Below are positions 53,960 to 64,000 of a stretch of DNA of 64,000 bases, piece by piece. Within the stretch, counting starts at the first letter, position 1. Every line of letters begins with the position of its first letter. Origin of the DNA: Eledone cirrhosa. Lineage: Eukaryota. The notes below the pieces were generated by a model. It searched no databases. It had not been told where the DNA came from and saw nothing but the letters and a program-made list of their open reading frames with translations. The stretch is taken from the NCBI GenBank assembly GCA_964016885.1, contig OZ024741.1, positions 52,452,001-52,516,000 on the forward strand, in the 5' to 3' direction. A program made the translations under genes and the position numbers.

Positions 53960-55140
53960 TCGTCAAGCAAGCTGGAGAGCGACTTGACAACAAAATCTTA
54001 AGTTAAAAATCGAAATGGTTCGCACAGATACTAACAGTGAGATCAATTATGGAGATAAAAGTGAAAGACCTACAATCTGTTCTCCTTTCTGGTGACTTCT
54101 CAAAAGCATTTGACTCTATCCACAGAGGGAAAATAAAAGAAATTCTCCTCGCATATGACACCTCAAAAAAGTCTAATGACGCCACTTTAAGATGCTAGCC
54201 GGAGTATTGCAGGGGAAAAAAAACTTTAGACCTGTTCCTTTTTATCATCTACTTAGACCATGTTCTTCGCACCTCAGCAGATAATATAAAAGAAAAAAGG
54301 GCTAACCCTAGAAAGAGCCAGAAGCAGGAGATATCCAGCTAAAATAATCACTGATACAGAATCTCTTCTTCACAGCTTAGAACAATGAGCCATAGGTATT
54401 GGATTATATGTCTACTCAGACAAAACCAAGTACAGATGTTATAATCAGCAAGGCACAATAATCTTCAGGAACGGGAAATCAATTGCCAAGAGTGGATAAC
54501 TTTGTCTACCTTGGCAACAATATCGCTTCTTCAGAAAGTGATTTCAACATTCGCATTGCAAAAGCTTGGTCTTCCCTGAACAGTTTGACTTCCAAATGGA
54601 AGTCCGCATTGCCTGATAAAATAAAGAGCGGCTTCTTCCAAGCTGTTGCAGTTCCCTTTTGCCGTATGGGAACTCCACATATTTACTAAGATATTTGAAA
54701 AGATGCTAGACGGTAATTACACGCGAATGCACCGCGTTGTTTTGAATATATCTTAGTGATAGGATTCCACCAAACAATGACTTTATGGACCCATAACCCC
54801 TATTTTCCAAGTCATACAGGAAGGAATGATGCGTTTTGCTGGGCACAGTTGGAGAAGCAAAAAGAAAGCTGTCAGCGATGTACTGTTGTTGACCCCCACC
54901 GATCAGCGTACCAAGGTCGGTTCACCATGTAAGAACTACATCAACCAACTTTTGTCATGAATGATTTTACAATTTGGTTTTGTAGATCGAGTAAGTTCTT
55001 TGTAGATCTTCCAAGAGCAATCGATGATCGAGATGGTTGGAGGGAGAGAGTCAGAAGTATCAATGCAACCACCTCGGCCGGATGATGATGATGATAATGA
55101 TGATGATGATGATGATAATGATGATGATGATGATGATGAT
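53960..55140 (+). pseudogene. Degenerate 5'-truncated RTE-clade LINE (RT region and tail)
   Basis: GDFSKAFDSIHR, AGVLQG, FLFIIYLDHVLR, VDNFVYLG..RIAKAW, RFAGHSWR. (GAT)n tail. Confidence 0.85.
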
Positions 55141-55188
55141 AATATATATATGCGCGTGTGTGTGTATAACATATATTTAAGCATGGAT

Positions 55189-55255
<67 letters not shown>

Positions 55256-55576
55256 TAAAAAAGGAAAAGAATGACTTCACTTGTAGTTCTAAACAATTTT
55301 ATTTAATTTCATATGATTTTACAATTTGGTTTTGTAGATCGAGTAAGTTCTTTGTTAACTTCGGTAGGGAGATTTCTTAAAGATTTCTGGTTAACTTTCC
55401 TAGAGAATTTTCTCGCATTCGTCGGTGGCGATTGTCAAACTGAGATCCGGTTGTGTTGTGATGAGTGACTCTATATATATGAGATTTGGGTGTATCGTGG
55501 GGGTGGGGGTGGGGGGTTATTAATGAGTGCAGGGGTGGGAGTGAAGGAGTCTTGATGAAGATTTAAAGGAATTAAA

Positions 55577-55612
<36 letters not shown>

Positions 55613-56292
55613 AATAGTGAATGGTAACAGCAAGATAATTGATTGGGAGGTGTTGGGGTGTTGAAGGAGTGTTTAAGAGAGGAGTTGTAAAAGCGTCATC
55701 CTGCTGGTTCCATTTCAATAAATGATCTTTGATGAATATAATGGCAGGTTCTTTTTCAACTTCTTTTCTTATAGCTGAATCAACTATCTTAAATTTATAA
55801 AGAATACCTTCAACAATTTCCTATATTTCCTATATTTCTTATAACATTTAATAATTTCCTATATTTCAACGGCTTCTCCATAACTGTCCGCTGTGGCTGT
55901 GGGGTGGTCAGCACATGGGAGGGCGAGAGAGATGGGGCGATGATGGAAGGAGTTCGGCTATTCCGTGCTCGGACACATTGCACCTGTCAAGCGTTTGTTC
56001 ATACTTGTCACCCTCTGCTAGTATGTCGTGTGTGTTTGATTACATTTCCTATATTAAAGATGAATTTGGGTGAGCGTCTGGTGGTGAAGTCAATGGGGTC
56101 TAAAATACATGTCTTTTGATAAGAATGGGATGACAGCAAAGAAAAAATAAGGAAAGTTTTGGAATATTTGGAATGTTGTTGATATTGGTTTGGGAGGGGA
56201 AGTGGGTGGGGGAACTACTAGTTCACATATTTACTTCCCTACATGTAAACATACATACAGCCCATACACACACCACACACACGCGCAACATA

Positions 56293-56350
<58 letters not shown>

Positions 56351-56644
56351 TATATTATTGGCAACATGACCCTCCCAAAGTATAACAATATCGGTTTCAA
56401 CACACGATTTCAGATAAAGAATCTTGCTAAACAAATTCAGAAACGAAATATATATATATATATATGTATAAAAAACATGAGAAGAAAGAGGAATACTGCG
56501 TGGTTGCACATGGGTTACATATTATAAAATTAGTCCCTCGTCAGTGATTTGCCAACCATCATTTGTATTTCATCGCACTAAAAATCATATACAGACAAAC
56601 GCAGCCGAGGTAAATATGTATATATATATATATATATATATACA

Positions 56645-56875
56645 GATAAATCTACCACTCAACGGTAGGGTCTAAACCGTATAAAGAACTCAATGTAATC
56701 CGTATGTAGACGATGTCGTGAAGCAAAGTTTAAAATACAAACATTTTTTTATCAACGATATAATTCAATTGGATACAGAGTCAAAATAGAAATATTAAAA
56801 CAATGAAATTAAACACAAAACTGTTAATTCATAGTAAAACACATTATTTTACGATCGTTTCTGAAGACGGCGGGT
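56645..56875 (-). mobile_element. pLTR-like fragment related to 46590, with fused HHR halves
   Basis: AGATAAATCTACCA...GAACTCAATGTA; junction TACGATCGTTTCTGAAGACGGCG. Confidence 0.6.
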
Positions 56876-56979
56876 AGTGAAGACGTATGCATTCTTTTCT
56901 CACTATGATATTTTGCTCTACTTTATTGTATTAACTTTATTTTCTTTCTTCCGTTTGTTATTATTATTACCGCATGTAA

Positions 56980-57200
56980 GGGTGGTAGAATGGCAGCATC
57001 AGTAGAGCGTAGAACAACGTGATTTCCAGCATAGAGTTACGGCCCTTTACATTCTGAGTTTAAATCACACCGAGGTTAACTTTGCCTTTCATCCTTACGG
57101 GGTCGATAAAATAAAATACCAGTAATGCACTGGGTCGATTTAATCGACTTTCCCCTCCCCTCAAATTGTTGACCTTGTGTCTATAGTAGAAATCATTATT
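56980..57200 (+). mobile_element. SINE family A (longer variant)
   Basis: TGGCAGCATCAG A box, CTGAGTTTAAATC, GCCTTTCATCCTTACGGGGTCGATAAA. Confidence 0.8.
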
Positions 57201-57489
57201 AACGTATGTACGCGCTACACCCACCCCAACACCCACACACACACACATATATATATGCACACACACACACACACTTTTCCCGTGAATTGAAAAAAATGAT
57301 AAACACCAATTTTTGATTTTCGGATCTAATTGGACCTCACCGCGTGTATACATACCTACATATTAGTGTGTATTTACTTATACACGTTGGTGCAGTTTCG
57401 GTTACACACTCTGTATTTAGACAGATATAACTTTATCATAAACATGTATGTACATATGTGTATATACCATCATTATCATCGTTACCCAT

Positions 57490-57680
57490 GGACGGTGGAT
57501 TGGCAGTATCGGTAGAGGGTCGGACGCCATGCTTTGAAGCATAGAGTTACCTCCCTGTATGATCTGAATTCAAATCCAGCCGAGGTTAACTTTGCCTTTC
57601 ATCCTTACGGGGTCGATAAAAGAAAGTACCAGTAATGCACTGGGTATTTGCTGGCTTTGTGCCAAAAGTAGAAACAATTA
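57490..57680 (+). mobile_element. Full-length SINE family A
   Basis: Near-identical to 48465-48655. Confidence 0.85.
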
Positions 57681-57884
57681 TCATCGTTACCCAAAGCACC
57701 ATTACCAACACCATCACCATCACCACCAATTACCTCACCAAAGACCAGCATCCCCCCTCCACCTACGCCGCCAACACCATCATCACTATTTGTTATATTT
57801 TTCAATATTGTCTTCAATATTGAAAATAGGTTTATAGAATTCCTGTCTGAATACAGAAATATTGTCCAATCAAACATCAACTAT

Positions 57885-59050
57885 GTAACTGGTGTTGTTG
57901 ATGATGGTGGTGTTGGCGGTGGTGGTTGTTGTGGTGATGGTGGTGTTGGTGAAGATAATGATGGTGGTTGTGGTGGTAACAGTGGTTGTGGTGACGGTGA
58001 TGGTGGCGTGAGGTGGCGGTAACTGCGGTTGCGGTGCTGGTGGTGGTTGTGGTGGTGGTTGTGGTGGTGGTTGTGGTTGTGGTGGTCGTGGTGGTTGGGG
58101 GTGTGGTTGTTGTAGTGGTAGTGGTGGTGGTGGTGGTGGTGGTGGTGGTGGTCGTCGTGGTGGTTAGGGTGGAGGTTGTTGTCCTGGTGGTGGTTGCGGT
58201 GGTAGTTGTTGTGATGGTGGTTGTAGTGGTTGTGGTGATAGTGGTTGTGGCGATGGTGGTGATGGTACTGAAAATGGTAGTGATGCTGGTTGGGGTGGTG
58301 GTTGTGGTGGTGGTTGTGGTGGTGGTTGTGGTTGTGGTGGTCGTGGTGGTTGGGGGTGTGGTTGTTGTAGTGGTAGTGGTGGTGGTCGTGGTGGTGGTGG
58401 TGGTGGTGGTTGTGGTGGAAGTTGTTGTGATGGTGGTTGTAGTGGTTGTGGTGATAGTGGTTGTGGCGATGGTGGTGATGGTACTGAAAGTGGTAGTGAT
58501 GCTGGTTGGGGTGGTGGTAATGGTGATGGTGTTGGTGATAGTGGTGGCAGCGTTGGTAATGATAGTGGTTAAGGTGGTTGTGCTGGGGACGATGGTGGTG
58601 ACGTTGATGTTGATGTAGTAGTGGTGGTGGTGATATTAATGGTGTTGCTGGTGGTGATGATGGTGTGATCATGATTATGATGATGGTAGTTGTGGGTGAT
58701 AGCAATGGTGGTGGTGGTACAGCTGCTAGTGGTAGTGGTAATGGTGGTATTGGTGATGGTGTCAGTGGTGGGAGCGGTGGTAGTATTTGCGGGCGTTATA
58801 GTGGGTGGTGGGGTAGTGGTGGGGTGTGATGTCGGTGGCGAGGGATGGCGGGGGTGATAGATGGCAGCAGTGTCGGTGGTGAGGGATAGCGGTGGTGTTG
58901 GCGGTGTCGTTGGTGAGCGATGGTGGCGGTGTTAGTGTCGATGGTGAGGAATGTGACAGAGGTGTCGGTGGTGCTGAGGGATGGCGGTGGTGGTGAGGGA
59001 TGACAGTAGTGACGGGGGGTGGGGATGTGTGTGTCGGGGGGTGGGGTGTG
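57885..59050. repeat. Degenerate (GGT)n low-complexity tract with internal duplication
   Basis: A block of about 90 bp at 58204 recurs at 58420. Confidence 0.9.
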
Positions 59051-59182
59051 TGTGTCGGGGATGAGGGATGCTATTCAGAAAATATGACCTGGAGGAGGAG
59101 TGAAGATAAAGATCGCAAATATGAGTGTAGAGTGGAGTGGTGGTGCTGTGGAAGAATCAGTTAGAAGTGCTCAATAAAACCC

Positions 59183-61271
<2,089 letters not shown>

Positions 61272-61379
61272 TGGGAGATGTATGTATATACATATCTATA
61301 TGGGCGGGTGTCTATGTGTGTGTATGTATAACGAATACTTAAACAGTACGTAAATATGGCAACCATAATTCACAAAAAT

Positions 61380-62700
61380 ATCAACACTAGCTACTTCTAC
61401 ATCCGTCACACCACCAACTCCACCACCACCGCCGCCAACATCACCACCAACACCACTACCACCACCAACAAATCCACCACGATCACCATAACCACCTGTA
61501 CCACCTATAATACCATCACCACAATCACCATCGTCACCACCAACAAGAACAGCAACAACAACAAAAATCACCACCACCTCCACCACCACCACCACCACCA
61601 TCACCATCACCATCACCATCACCACCATCACCATTATTACTGAACAATATGAGTCCCACGAAAACATCACTTTATACTAACATTCCTATATTCACCACCT
61701 GCACGTTCCCTCTTCACCAAGAGCTCCCGGCTCCCCACCATCAGTACCAGTAGCCTACGAGTGAATACACCAGCCATCCCATCACCTCGCCTCCTTCTTT
61801 CATATTTCCCCCTACTCACCCCACCACCGCCCAACCATCCCAACACGTGAGATAGTTATACGAGAAAGAAGAAAAAACTGCAGCAGCACCGTCCAATCCA
61901 ATTCCAAACGCCGAAGACGGCGATGACGACTACCCCACCACTACCACCGTCATCACCCCTCCACACGCACCCCCACCACCACCAACAACAACAACTTCCC
62001 CCATAAACTCACAATCACCACCATCAGCACCAACAGCACCACCACCACGACCAGCACCATCACCACGACCACAACCACCACCAATAATAACTACAACTTC
62101 ATCAGCTCCCCACGTAAACTCACTACCACCACACCACACCGCAACACACCACACCACACCACACCACACGACATCATACCACTACCACACCACCACCACC
62201 ACCAATAATAACAACTTCTCTAGTATTCCCCCATAAGCCCACTACCACCACACCACCACCACCACAACTACCACCACACCACCAGCACCACCAGCACCAC
62301 CACCAGCACCACCAGCACCGCCACACCACACCACTACCACCACCACCAATAATAACTTCTCTAGTATTCCCCCATAAGCCCACTACCTAGACCACCACCA
62401 CCACCACCAGCACAACTACCCCCATACCACCAGCACCACCAGTACCACCAGCACCACCAGCACCACCAGCACCACCAACACCACCACCAATAATAACTTC
62501 TCTAGTATTCCCCCATAAGCTCACTACCTCCACCACCACCACCACCACTACCACACTACCGCCACCACTACAACCACTACCTCCACCACTACCACCACTA
62601 CCACACCACCACTACCACCACCACCACAACCTCCACCACTACCACACCACCACTACCACCACCACCACAACCTCCACCACTACCACACCACCACCACCAC

Positions 62701-62732
<32 letters not shown>

Positions 62733-63580
62733 CACCACCACCACCACCACCACCACCACCGCCACCACCGCCACCGCCGCCACCACCACCACCACCACCA
62801 CCACTACCACCACCACCACCGCCACCACCGCCACCACCGCCACCGCCACCACCACCACCACCACCACTACCACCACCACCACCGCCACCACCGCCACCGC
62901 CACCACCGCCACCGCCGCCACCACCACCGCCACCACCACCGCTACCACCACCACCACCACCACCACCGCCACCACCGCCACCGCCACCACCACCACCACC
63001 ACCACTACCACCACCACCACCACCGCCGCCGCCACCACCACCACCACCACCACTACCACCACCACCACCGCCACCACCGCCACCACCGCCACCGCCACCA
63101 CCACCACCACCACCACCACTACCACCACCACCACCACCACCACCGCCACCACCGCCACCGCCACCACCGCCACCGCCGCCACCACCACCGCCACCACCAC
63201 CGCTACCACCACCACCACCACCACCACCGCCACCACCGCCACCGCCACCACCACCACCACCACCACTACCACCACCACCACCGCCACCGCCACCACCACC
63301 ACCACCACCACCACTACCACCACCACCACCACCACCGCCAATAATAACAACTTCACTAGCATTCCCCCATAAGCCCGCTACAATTCATCACAGTTAAAAT
63401 CTACATGTAAAACCTCAACAGTACCATTACCGCCACCGCCAACATACCCCATAAGCTACTACATAAATTAAAATAACTATAATAATAAACAACAACAACA
63501 ACAACAACAGCAGCAGCAGAAAGAAGAGCAGCAACTGCAACAACAACAACAACAGCAGCAGCAACAGTAACAACAGCAGA
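61380..63580. repeat. (CCA)n/(CAA)n low-complexity tract with an interspersed 40-bp motif
   Basis: AATAATAAC(AAC)TTCTCTAGTATTCCCCCATAAGC at 62204, 62348 and 62489, with a variant at 63340. Confidence 0.9.
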
Positions 63581-64000
63581 TGCAATACAATCAGCCAGCA
63601 CAATAGAACATAACAGGAATGTTTCAAATTTAGTTTCATGGGAAACGGAAATATATTTAGACCAAACAAGTGAATAATTGAAAATTATTATTATTCAATA
63701 ATAATAATTTGAATAAAGCAACAAACGAATAAATAGATAAAGAAAGTAAAGGAAGAAGAATGAAGAAATGAAAACGAAAGTGAAACTAGATACTCAGGCA
63801 GAGAAGCCCACAATGCATTCGTTTCCTGTTTATGCTCTTTTTGACTCTTTACAAGGCGGTATAATGGGTTGGCAGGTACTGGCATGTGGGGTGTGGATTC
63901 CATGAATGAGCATATTATGTGTGTATGAATATGTGTATGTATGTATGTATGTATGTATGTATGTATGTATGTATGTATGTATGTGTGTATGAATATGTGT

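Noticed and set aside
55650-56240. Possible highly decayed GIY-YIG or LINE remnants (also 45280-45480)
   Set aside because: Only vague motif resemblance; a translated profile search is needed.
57881-58705. 274-aa His-rich ORF (minus) and poly-Val ORF (plus)
   Set aside because: Explained by degenerate (GGT)n; no domain or splice evidence.
62598-63362. 254-aa Val/Ala ORF
   Set aside because: Translation of (CCA/CCG)n.
62200-63385. CRISPR-like repeat-spacer pattern
   Set aside because: Spacers are low-complexity and unequal in length, there are no cas genes, and the context is eukaryotic.

Overview
AT-rich, microsatellite-dense eukaryotic DNA with no confidently identifiable host gene. The SINE families and repeat content suggest an octopus or other coleoid cephalopod (inference from recalled repeat families). 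Contents: (1) a near full-length Penelope-like element (PLE; RT + C-terminal GIY-YIG, two nonsense codons) with direct and inverted pLTRs, plus four other PLE coding remnants; (2) a near full-length Tx1/L1-type LINE sitting in (TATC)n, plus two 3' fragments; (3) RTE and Tc1/mariner remnants, a hAT MITE with an 8-bp TSD, and many tRNA-derived SINEs. The main signal is non-coding. I found about 30 type I hammerhead ribozyme (HHR) motifs by eye, about 18 with a fully canonical core, nearly all in small elements inserted into (AT)n. The clearest case is a 2.8-kb palindrome (39114-41951) of identical, highly structured 310-bp units, each carrying one HHR. Other HHR elements consist of one unit plus a terminal redundancy (422, 698 and about 350 bp). 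Together these look like a retrozyme/circular-RNA system mobilised by PLE machinery at (AT)n targets. All structures were paired manually; no folding or database search was run.
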